DNA from: Methylacidimicrobium fagopyrum
GTDB taxonomy: Bacteria; Verrucomicrobiota; Verrucomicrobiia; Limisphaerales; UBA11358
Reading direction: 5' to 3'
NCBI GenBank assembly: GCA_026225255.1
Contig: JAMFSJ010000059.1
Coordinates: forward strand, 38,311-102,310
Length of the DNA: 64,000 nucleotides
Shown: positions 9,327 to 18,233 of the stretch, piece after piece
Layout: each line of letters starts with the position of its first letter
Numbering within the stretch: the first letter of the stretch is position 1
Translations under genes and position numbers: made by a program
The notes under the pieces: generated by a model
What the model was told of the DNA's origin: nothing
Database searches by the model: none
Seen by the model: only the letters and a program-made list of their open reading frames with translations

Positions 9327-9602
9327 ATGTCAAAGAAAGTCCGCATCCCAACGCCGCTCCGCAAGTTGACCAACAACGAAGAGCTGGTTGAAATTAATTC
9401 CGCCACCATCGGCGAGGCCATTGCTGAATTGCAAGCGCGCTTCCCCGGCATCGCCGAACGGCTCATAGACGAAAAAGGCGAAGTGCGCCGCTTCGTCAAC
9501 GTTTACGTGAATGAGGAAGACATCCGCTTCCTCGAAAACAGCGCGACGAAGCTCAATGATGGCGACGAAATCAGCATCATTCCGGCCATCGCAGGCGGTT
9601 AG
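9327..9602 (+). CDS. ThiS/MoaD/CysO-type beta-grasp sulfur-carrier protein (C-terminal Gly-Gly)
   Basis: 91 aa ending ...DGDEISIIPAIAGG followed by the stop codon. The size and C-terminus are typical of thiocarboxylate carriers. Confidence 0.8.
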   Translation: MSKKVRIPTPLRKLTNNEELVEINSATIGEAIAELQARFPGIAERLIDEKGEVRRFVNVYVNEEDIRFLENSATKLNDGDEISIIPAIAGG

Positions 9603-9613
9603 TCATCAAAGTA

Positions 9614-9679
9614 GGAGACGACGTGAGATGTCTCTGATATTTTTGAAAAATCGACACTGTGAGACTCGTCACCTCGTCT
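9614..9679. repeat. Imperfect inverted repeat between carrier and NIL genes
   Basis: ggagacgacgtgagatgtctc (9614-9634) versus gagactcgtcacctcgtct (9661-9679). 15 of 19 positions are complementary by hand alignment. Confidence 0.4.
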
Positions 9680-9698
9680 TTTACAAAAAATTAAAATT

Positions 9699-9983
9699 AT
9701 GGCCGCCAAAAAGAAAATCATCGTCACCAAGCCCAACGCACCGGTGCAACAGCGTCTGTGGCTGATGTATCCGCCGAAGCTGATCAAGAAGCCGTTCATC
9801 TACGAGGTCGGCCATAAATTCAAGGTCGTGACGAATATCCGCCAAGCCAGCGTGACAGACGAGATCGGCATCGTCTGCCTCGAACTCGACGGCCCGCGCA
9901 GCGAAGTCGCCGCCGCCATTAAATGGTTGGAGAAAAACAAAGTGAACGTGGAGCCGGTGGAGATCGGCGTGATTGCCGGTTGA
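9699..9983 (+). CDS. Stand-alone NIL-domain protein (MetN C-terminal-type domain)
   Basis: 94 aa. KVVTNIRQASVTDEIGIVCLELDGPRSEVAAAIKWLEKNKVNVE resembles the NIL ferredoxin-like fold of methionine-importer ATPases. Confidence 0.6.
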   Translation: MAAKKKIIVTKPNAPVQQRLWLMYPPKLIKKPFIYEVGHKFKVVTNIRQASVTDEIGIVCLELDGPRSEVAAAIKWLEKNKVNVEPVEIGVIAG

Positions 9984-10004
9984 ATTAATTTGTGGGGACA
10001 AATG

Positions 10005-10046
10005 AAACGGCGCGGAGAATTTTCTCCGCGCCGTTTTTTATTTTTC
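10005..10046 (+). terminator. Intrinsic terminator of the riboswitch operon
   Basis: Perfect 14-bp stem aaacggcgcggaga (10005-10018) / tctccgcgccgttt (10023-10036), 4-nt loop, then a T-run. Confidence 0.85.
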
Positions 10047-10055
10047 GCGACCAAA

Positions 10056-10259
10056 GCGAATTAAGTGCCAAAGGCACGGACGGAAATTAGCCAGCTACGA
10101 AGTGTCTGGTAATATTCTAAAGATTTCTCCGTCCCGGCGGGACGGTGGAAATATTTGTGAGTGACCATGCGTTCAATTTTCCTTCGTCCTTTCAGGACGT
10201 TTCATTGATCACCAATAACCCGGCACGATGTGCCAGGCTAATTTCCGCAGTCGATTCGC
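10056..10259. repeat. BIME-like mosaic of small GC-rich hairpins
   Basis: Local hairpins: gtgccaaaggcac (10065-10077), ccgtcccggcgggacgg (10129-10145), cgtcctttcaggacg (10185-10199), ggcacgatgtgcc (10222-10234). They are framed by cggaaattagcc (10081-10092) / ggctaatttccg (10235-10246) and gcgaat (10056-10061) / attcgc (10254-10259). Confidence 0.5.
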
Positions 10260-10345
10260 GACGCAGCAAGGCTTGTGAGAAGTTCAAAACAATTAGAATC
10301 AAAACTCGGCGGTCTATAGCACGGTGACATAGACAGCCGCTACAA

Positions 10346-10384
10346 ATAAAAAAACGGCGCGATGACATTCATCGCGCCGTTTTG
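10346..10384 (-). terminator. Intrinsic (bidirectional) terminator after atpC
   Basis: Stem acggcgcgat (10354-10363) / atcgcgccgt (10371-10380), flanked by an A-run and a T-run. It lies 16 nt downstream of the atpC stop. Confidence 0.8.
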
Positions 10385-10399
10385 ATTTTAATCGAAAAC

Positions 10400-10810
10400 T
10401 TACTTGTGCGTGCGGCGTTTGACTTTGAGTTGCGCCAAGGAATGAGCGAGCGCAGCGCCAGCAGCAGCGGCTTCGCTTTCTGTGATCTTTTCTGTCAGCC
10501 GGGATTCAGCGCGTTGACGGGCTTCTTCGGCTTTTGCTTCGTCAATGTTCTCGGCCAAGATCGCCATGTCCGTGAGAATGGCTACCCGATCACCGGTGAT
10601 CTGCACGAAGCCATCACCGACCGCGAGATAAATCACTTCTGCGCCTTTGCGGGCGATGATTTCCCCAGCGACAAGCTGCGTCATCAGCGGCATGTGCTGC
10701 GGATAAATCCCCATCTCGCCCTCGATACCCGTGAGCGTGACCATTTCCACATCGTCGGAATACGTCTTCGCTTCCGGTGTGACAATCTCAAGTTTTAAGG
10801 TGGCAGCCAT
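10400..10810 (-). CDS. atpC: F1 ATP synthase epsilon subunit
   Basis: 136 aa. LKLEIVTPE...GEMGIYPQHMPLMTQL is typical of epsilon. It is the last gene of the atp operon. Confidence 0.9.
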   Translation of the reverse strand: MAATLKLEIVTPEAKTYSDDVEMVTLTGIEGEMGIYPQHMPLMTQLVAGEIIARKGAEVIYLAVGDGFVQITGDRVAILTDMAILAENIDEAKAEEARQRAESRLTEKITESEAAAAGAALAHSLAQLKVKRRTHK

Positions 10811-10818
10811 TTTTATTT

Positions 10819-10879
10819 CACCGCCGAGACGCTGAGACGCCGAGTTTGATTTTTCTCTGCGCCTTTGTGTCTCTGCGGT
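10819..10879. repeat. Intercistronic palindromic element (caccgccgag...ctctgcggt family), atpD|atpC junction
   Basis: Arms caccgccgagacgctgagacgccgag (10819-10844) and ctctgcgcctttgtgtctctgcggt (10855-10879). 19 Watson-Crick plus 2 G:T pairs of 25 by hand. A second copy lies at 15273-15342. Confidence 0.65.
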
Positions 10880-10887
10880 TCAAATTT

Positions 10888-12434
<1,547 letters not shown>

Positions 12435-12444
12435 TAAAACTTTT

Positions 12445-13323
12445 TCAACCGACCGCCATCTGCGCGCTGGCGATTTCCAGCAATTCCTTCGTGATGTTCG
12501 CCTGGCGCAATTTGTTGTATTCGAGCGTCAGGTCTTTGATGAGCTGCTTCGCGTTGTCCGTCGCGTTTTTCATGGCGACCATGCGCGCGCTTTGTTCGCT
12601 GGCCTTGGCTTCCAACAAAATCTGGTGCATCTGAAAATTCAGGCTGTGCGGCAGCAAGGCGCCCAAGACCGATTCTTCATCCGCTTCAAATTCAAAGGTG
12701 TCCGTGCGCACACCGGGCTTCAATTCTTCCGTCTTGTCACCGATGCCCGCCTGGACGGCTTGGATTTTTCCAACCGGCAAAAAAGGAACGAGCTTCGGCT
12801 GCTGCACCAAGGTCGAAACGAATTTCGTGTATAAAATATCCACGGCATCGGCTTCGCCCTTCAAAAATAATTCCTGCGCGAACTGCGAGATCGCCCGGGC
12901 TTCGGCAAACGTCGGCGTATCCTTGTAATTAAATTCCGCCGCGAGCTGGCGCTTCGTGCGCGCCACAAATTGCGCGCCTTTTTTACCGGCAGCCACAAAC
13001 ACGGTCGTGTTCTTGTCCAGCTTGCCGGCTTCACGCAATAAATTGCTGTTCAAACCGCCGCACAAACCGCGATCAGTGCTGACGAGAATGATCGCCCGTT
13101 TTTTAATCGGACGCGCCGTCATTAACGGATGCTCGAACGCCGTGATGCGTTGCACTGCTTCCGTCAAAATCGCGTTCATCAACTCGGCATACGGACGGCC
13201 CACGAGCGCGGCAGATTGCGCCCGGCGCATCTTGGCCGCGGCCACCATCTGCATCGCCTTGGTGATTTGGGCGGTGTTCTTGACCGACTTGATCCGTCGG
13301 CGTATGTCGCGCGTGCTGGGCAT
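12445..13323 (-). CDS. atpG: F1 ATP synthase gamma subunit
   Basis: 292 aa. It begins MPSTRDIRRRIKSVKNTAQITKAMQMVAAAKMRRAQ and ends ...ITKELLEIASAQ. Confidence 0.95.
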   Translation of the reverse strand: MPSTRDIRRRIKSVKNTAQITKAMQMVAAAKMRRAQSAALVGRPYAELMNAILTEAVQRITAFEHPLMTARPIKKRAIILVSTDRGLCGGLNSNLLREAGKLDKNTTVFVAAGKKGAQFVARTKRQLAAEFNYKDTPTFAEARAISQFAQELFLKGEADAVDILYTKFVSTLVQQPKLVPFLPVGKIQAVQAGIGDKTEELKPGVRTDTFEFEADEESVLGALLPHSLNFQMHQILLEAKASEQSARMVAMKNATDNAKQLIKDLTLEYNKLRQANITKELLEIASAQMAVG

Positions 13324-13329
13324 GACAAC

Positions 13330-14862
13330 TTAGCGGTAGCTTTGCTTGAATTCAGTGACAGCCGCTTTCAGTTCTGCGCCAAGCGCGTCGCTGATGGCTT
13401 TTTCGTTGCGGATCTTCGTGAGCAATTCCGCTTTGCGGGTGCCGAGAAAATCCGTGAGCTTCGCCTGGAAATCTTTGACTTTGTCCACCGCGACATCATC
13501 GAAGAAATTATTCTGAGCGGCCCACAAAATCGAGACCTGCACTTCGACGGCGGTCGGGTTGAATTGCGGCTGCTTGAAGATTTCCACGACGCGTTTGCCG
13601 CGTTCGAGAATCGCCTGCGTTTTCGCATCCAGATCAGAGCCGAATTGTGCGAACGCCGCGAGTTCGCGGTATTGCGCCAAATCACCTTTGATACGGCCGG
13701 CAACCTGTTTCATCGCCTTGATCTGCGCGGCGGAACCGACGCGGGACACGGACAAACCGACGGACACAGCGGGGCGGATACCTTGATAGAACAAATCGGT
13801 TTCGAGATAAATCTGGCCGTCCGTGATCGAAATCACGTTCGTCGGAATGTAAGCCGAAACGTCGCCGGCTTGCGTTTCGATGATCGGCAACGCCGTCAAC
13901 GAACCGTTGCCGTATTTTTCAGAAACACGCGCGCTGCGTTCTAGCAAACGGCTGTGCAAATAGAACACGTCACCCGGATACGCTTCACGGCCGGACGGGC
14001 GTTTCAACACGAGCGAAACTTGGCGATAGGCGACCGCGTGCTTGGACAAATCATCAAAAATGATCAACGCGTCCATGCCGTTGTCCATGAACCATTCACC
14101 GATCGCCGCGCCGGTGAACGGCACGAGATATTGGTTGGTGGCGGAATCAGAGGCGGAGGCGACCACGACAATCGTGTAAGGCATCGCCCCGGCTTCTTCC
14201 AAAATACCTATGACGCGCGCAATGCTGGATTGCTTCTGGCCGATCGCGACGTAAATGTTGTAAATGGGACGGAACGATTTATCACCCGCCGCTTCAGCCG
14301 CTTTGTTGATGCGCGCTTGATTGATCATCGTGTCCACGCCAATCGTGGTTTTGCCCGTGCCACGATCACCAATGATCAGTTCGCGTTGACCGCGACCGAT
14401 CGGGATCATTGCATCAATCGCCATGATACCGGTCTGCACCGGCTGGCTGACGGATTTACGTTTGATGATGCCAGGCGCAATTTTTTCGACGGGATAAGAG
14501 GCTTCGCTCTTGACCGGGCCTTTGCCATCGAGCGGCTGGCCGAGCGCGTTGACCACGCGGCCGAGCAAACTTTTGCCGACGGGAACCTGGAGCAATTTAC
14601 CGGTCGTGCGGACTTCGCGACCTTCCTTGATGGCGGTATAATCGCCGAGAATAATGGCGCCGACTTCGGTTTCTTCAAGGTTGAGGGCGATGCCGGTGAT
14701 GCCGTCACCGAAATCAAGCATCTCGTTCAACATCGCGTCGGTCAAACCTTCGATCTTCGCCACGCCGTCGCCGATTTCGCGGACGATGCCGACGTTCTGC
14801 TTGGCCGTCGCGAGCTTCGCGCCGCTGATTTGCGCTTCAATTTCCTGTAGCAAGTTACTCAT
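13330..14862 (-). CDS. atpA: F1 ATP synthase alpha subunit
   Basis: 510 aa. Walker A GDRGTGKT is present and similarity runs the full length. Confidence 0.97.
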   Translation of the reverse strand: MSNLLQEIEAQISGAKLATAKQNVGIVREIGDGVAKIEGLTDAMLNEMLDFGDGITGIALNLEETEVGAIILGDYTAIKEGREVRTTGKLLQVPVGKSLLGRVVNALGQPLDGKGPVKSEASYPVEKIAPGIIKRKSVSQPVQTGIMAIDAMIPIGRGQRELIIGDRGTGKTTIGVDTMINQARINKAAEAAGDKSFRPIYNIYVAIGQKQSSIARVIGILEEAGAMPYTIVVVASASDSATNQYLVPFTGAAIGEWFMDNGMDALIIFDDLSKHAVAYRQVSLVLKRPSGREAYPGDVFYLHSRLLERSARVSEKYGNGSLTALPIIETQAGDVSAYIPTNVISITDGQIYLETDLFYQGIRPAVSVGLSVSRVGSAAQIKAMKQVAGRIKGDLAQYRELAAFAQFGSDLDAKTQAILERGKRVVEIFKQPQFNPTAVEVQVSILWAAQNNFFDDVAVDKVKDFQAKLTDFLGTRKAELLTKIRNEKAISDALGAELKAAVTEFKQSYR

Positions 14863-14871
14863 AAAAATTCG

Positions 14872-15264
14872 TTAAAAACTCTGTTCCAATTTTTCCAGCC
14901 GCGTTTTCACGCTGCCATCATAAAGATCGCTGCCGACTTGAATCCGCAAACCGCCGATCAACGCCGCATTCTGCCCGAACGCAATCGTCACACCATTGCC
15001 GTAAAGCTGCTGGATACGATTCGTCACGCCAGCTTGTGATTCGGCGGACAACGGCGTCGCGCTTTCGACGCGGGCCGAGCAACGTTGCGTTTCCAATTTC
15101 ACTAAACGATGCAGACGCGCCAAAATCTCGACGTAGCCGCGCGGTTTTTTGGCGGACAACAAACCGATCAATTCGCGGACGCGATTTTCGTCCAGCAAAC
15201 CATTGACCAAACAACTGCGGAACAGTTGCCGGGCATCACGTTGAGCTTGTTTGGAGATTTTCAT
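14872..15264 (-). CDS. atpH: F1 ATP synthase delta (OSCP) subunit, short form
   Basis: 130 aa. The C-terminal ALIGGLRIQVGSDLYDGSVKTRLEKL matches the delta signature. Its operon position between atpF and atpA also fits. Confidence 0.8.
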   Translation of the reverse strand: MKISKQAQRDARQLFRSCLVNGLLDENRVRELIGLLSAKKPRGYVEILARLHRLVKLETQRCSARVESATPLSAESQAGVTNRIQQLYGNGVTIAFGQNAALIGGLRIQVGSDLYDGSVKTRLEKLEQSF

Positions 15265-15272
15265 TTATTTTT

Positions 15273-15342
15273 CACCGCCGAGTCGCAGAGACGCAGAGTT
15301 TGAAAACTCCACTTTCGCTCTGCGCCTTTGCGTCTCGGCGGT
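15273..15342. repeat. Intercistronic palindromic element (same family as 10819-10879), atpF|atpH junction
   Basis: Arms caccgccgagtcgcagagacgcagag (15273-15298) and ctctgcgcctttgcgtctcggcggt (15318-15342). Confidence 0.65.
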
Positions 15343-15351
15343 TCAAATCGT

Positions 15352-15837
15352 TTACGCCAATTGTTTTTCGGTTTCGGAAGCGAGCCGTTGCTGGTCGTCC
15401 GCCGTCAGAATCTTGCCCGTGACCGTCGTGGTCGTTTGCACGACCAAGCGACCGACTTCGCGCTTCAATTCTGCCAACATCCGCGCATGATCTTGCGCCG
15501 CCGCTTCGTGCGCTTTCGACACGATTTGTCCGGCGTCAGCAATCGCTTTCTGCGTTTCCTGCTCGCGAACCCGTCCGGCAGCCTGACGCGCTTCTTCAAT
15601 CAGCTTGTTCGCCTGATCACCGGCGTCCGCCAGAATTTTCTGACGATCCGCTTCGGTCTTGGCGAGTTCAGCCTTGATTTTATCCGCGTTGGCAATGCCT
15701 TCGGCGATTTTCACACGACGCTGTTCCAGCATCGCAAAAATCGGCCGAAAGGCGAACTTCGACAACACGAACAGCACGATGGAGAAATTGATCGTTTGTG
15801 CGATCAACTTCACCCAATGGATGCCAAGGGATTCCAT
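15352..15837 (-). CDS. atpF: Fo ATP synthase b subunit
   Basis: 161 aa. One N-terminal TM segment followed by a long charged helix. Operon position fits. Confidence 0.85.
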   Translation of the reverse strand: MESLGIHWVKLIAQTINFSIVLFVLSKFAFRPIFAMLEQRRVKIAEGIANADKIKAELAKTEADRQKILADAGDQANKLIEEARQAAGRVREQETQKAIADAGQIVSKAHEAAAQDHARMLAELKREVGRLVVQTTTTVTGKILTADDQQRLASETEKQLA

Positions 15838-15843
15838 AAACGG

Positions 15844-16050
15844 TTATCGATTACCGATCACGATCCAGGCGAGAATGGCCAACCCTTCAGCGAGCGCCAT
15901 ACCAATCAACATCGTCGTAAAGACTTTGCCGAATGCGCCGGGATTACGACCAATAGCCATAACCGCGCCAGCGGCGGCGATACCGATACCGATGGCCGCG
16001 CCACCGAAAGCGAGACCGATGTGAATATTACCTGTCAATTCTGCGAGCAT
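15844..16050 (-). CDS. atpE: Fo ATP synthase c subunit
   Basis: The start was trimmed to MLAELTGNIHIGLAFGGAAIGIGIAAAGAVMAIGRNPGAFGKVFTTMLIGMALAEGLAILAWIVI (68 aa). This is a hairpin proteolipid with the carboxylate Glu in ALAEG. Confidence 0.9.
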   Translation of the reverse strand: MLAELTGNIHIGLAFGGAAIGIGIAAAGAVMAIGRNPGAFGKVFTTMLIGMALAEGLAILAWIVIGNR

Positions 16051-16124
16051 ATGTTTTTCGTTTTTGGTTTCAGTTGCTTGCTCCCGTTCGCCAAAAGGCC
16101 GACCAGTTGCAAATTTGTAAATTA

Positions 16125-17162
16125 TTAATGACTGTGTTCGTCGTCCGTGTGGGAACAAAGCGTTCCCGCGAAGGCCACCGTCAACATTGCAAACACAAAG
16201 GCTTGCAACGCGCACACCACGGTTTCAAAAAAGTAACCCGGCAAGGCGAGCAGCACAGCCATCAAGACCGACTTCTGCGACATCGCCATCGTCAACATCG
16301 TTTCGCCGCCGAAAATATTTCCGTAAAGACGCAACGCGAGCGCCACCGGACGGATGAACAAAATGGAGAACGATTCCATGACACCGATGAAAATGAACAG
16401 TAACAGCAACAACGGATACAACCATTTGGTCGTTGCGACTTTGACGCCGAAGACGTGTTTCACAAGCCCAATCGGGCCGTTATATTTGAGCGCCCAATAA
16501 AGGCACATCACAAAGAAAATTCCCGCCATCGCCACTGTCAAATTGGCATCGGTCGTGGGCGGACGAAAAAACGGCGTCGCTACGTGCGGCACAGAAAACG
16601 GCAGCGAACTAGTCTTATCAATTTCCGCCGTCGGAACAAAACCAATACTACCCATGCCCGGCAGCAAATCGGTGAAATTGGAAATCATGATGAAGATCAA
16701 ATAAGTCGCCGCCAACGGAAAAACCCACTTAACGACTTTCGGCTCCAACACGTTGCCCATCAAATTTTCCCAACCTTCCAAAACCGCTTCCATGAAATTC
16801 TGACCGGAGCTCGGAATTTCTTTCACTTTCCAAACCGTCACGCGAACAATGACAATGATCAACAAGGCTACGATCCAAGTGCAGATCATTGAATTGGTAA
16901 CCGGCAGCGGTCCGATATGAAAAACGGTCAAGGCCGATTGCGAAACGAGCGGTTGCGAGGCCTCAGCGTGAGCGGACTCCACCGCTTGCACCACTGCCGA
17001 CGGCGCCGGAGCAGAAGAAACTGCAGCGTTCGCTCCGACCACAAAAGTCGTCGCAAACAAAATCAAAAACAGAATTAATCGGCTGATTTGCTTCACAAAA
17101 AATGATACCGAACGACACCAATTGCTACGGTTAGTTAAACCGATGATGTGATCGGGAAACAA
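16125..17162 (-). CDS. atpB: Fo ATP synthase a subunit with long N-terminal extension
   Basis: 345-aa ORF. The C-terminal half has a-subunit motifs (LALRLYGNIFGGE with the essential Arg). The true start is uncertain; the ORF begins with a non-ATG codon and an internal GTG near 17095 is possible. Confidence 0.8.
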   Translation of the reverse strand: MFPDHIIGLTNRSNWCRSVSFFVKQISRLILFLILFATTFVVGANAAVSSAPAPSAVVQAVESAHAEASQPLVSQSALTVFHIGPLPVTNSMICTWIVALLIIVIVRVTVWKVKEIPSSGQNFMEAVLEGWENLMGNVLEPKVVKWVFPLAATYLIFIMISNFTDLLPGMGSIGFVPTAEIDKTSSLPFSVPHVATPFFRPPTTDANLTVAMAGIFFVMCLYWALKYNGPIGLVKHVFGVKVATTKWLYPLLLLLFIFIGVMESFSILFIRPVALALRLYGNIFGGETMLTMAMSQKSVLMAVLLALPGYFFETVVCALQAFVFAMLTVAFAGTLCSHTDDEHSH

Positions 17163-17257
17163 AAGATTGCCTCATCGTGAAATATTTCACAAGCACTTTC
17201 TGAAATTTTTTTAAGGTGTCTAAATTCGCTGGATTGACAAGGCTTGCGTGCCCTAAT

Positions 17258-18145
17258 TCATTTATTTTCACGCAAAAAATCCGGTGTTTTTCCCGCCGCG
17301 CGTAACTGCCGTAAACTCAAAGCATCATGACGCTTGGCCAACCGCTGGCCAGACTCATCTAAAATCAATGCACAATGATAAAAATCCGGTGGCATCAGCC
17401 CCAGCGCCCGATATAATAAAATCTGCCGTGCCGTGCTCACGAGTAAGTCCGCACCGCGCACGACTTCGGTGATCTGCATCGCCGCATCGTCCACCATGCA
17501 GGCGAGCTGATAGGCCGGAACATCGTCCGGTCGCCACACCACGAAATCACCAAAATCCTTTCCAGCAACAAACCGTTGTTCACCGAAATTTTTATCCCCG
17601 AAGGAAATGGTTTCGCCATCCGGCACGCGAAAACGCCACGAAATCTTAGTTGCTGGTTGCTGGTTACTGGCTGCAAGTTCATTTTCGCGAACGCCCAACT
17701 TACAACTTTCAACCGACAACTTATAACCGCGTTCCCGACACGTCCCGGGATAAATCAATTCGTCATCACCGGCATGCGGCGCGCTGGCGGATTGCTGGAT
17801 GTCTTTGCGCGAACAGGAGCAGGGATAAATAAAATTTCCAGCACGCAATTTTTCCAACGCTGTGCGATAGAATGAAAACCGTTCGCTTTGATTATAAGGC
17901 GCAAATGGGCCGCCGCTATCCGGGCCTTCGCTCCACTTAAAACCGAACCAGCGCAAGTCTTCGATCATCGCGGCAACAAACTCTGGTTGGCAACGCGCAG
18001 CATCCAGGTCTTCGTTGCGGAGGATCAATTCGCCGCCCGCCGCACGGGCGCGTTGTTGCGCCACCCAAAATGTTTTCGCATGACCCAGATGCAAAAACCC
18101 GGTCGGCGACGGCGCGAGACGTCCGCGATATTTAATGGGATTCAT
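17258..18145 (-). CDS. gluQ: Glutamyl-Q tRNA(Asp) synthetase (GluQRS, YadB family)
   Basis: 295 aa. Truncated GluRS catalytic domain: GRLAPSPTGFLHLGHAKT, CSCSRKDI...YPGTCR zinc motif, VVDD...ITEVVRGADL. Confidence 0.85.
   Translation of the reverse strand: MNPIKYRGRLAPSPTGFLHLGHAKTFWVAQQRARAAGGELILRNEDLDAARCQPEFVAAMIEDLRWFGFKWSEGPDSGGPFAPYNQSERFSFYRTALEKLRAGNFIYPCSCSRKDIQQSASAPHAGDDELIYPGTCRERGYKLSVESCKLGVRENELAASNQQPATKISWRFRVPDGETISFGDKNFGEQRFVAGKDFGDFVVWRPDDVPAYQLACMVDDAAMQITEVVRGADLLVSTARQILLYRALGLMPPDFYHCALILDESGQRLAKRHDALSLRQLRAAGKTPDFLRENK
17648..17721. repeat. Palindromic element lying in-frame inside gluQ
   Basis: Arms agttgctggttgctggttactggctgcaagtt (17648-17679) and aacttacaactttcaaccgacaactt (17696-17721). 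It encodes about 25 aa (...KLSVESCKLGVRENELAASNQQPAT...) right after the zinc motif. Confidence 0.55.
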
Positions 18146-18150
18146 TTTTT

Positions 18151-18233
18151 AGACAGAGTTAACAAAATTTTACAGAATTCATTAAACTGCGTGCTGCTTT
18201 CTCTAATTCTGTAAAATTTTGTTAATTCTGTCT
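18151..18233. repeat. Near-perfect 29-bp inverted repeat
   Basis: agacagagttaacaaaattttacagaatt (18151-18179) versus aattctgtaaaattttgttaattctgtct (18205-18233). 28 of 29 positions are complementary. Its last 2 nt overlap the stop codon of the downstream-ending gene. Confidence 0.75.

Noticed and set aside
17163-17257. Promoter of the atp operon (TTGTCA ... TTAAAA on the minus strand)
   Set aside because: The spacing of about 19 nt and the weak -10 make the call unreliable without transcription-start-site data.
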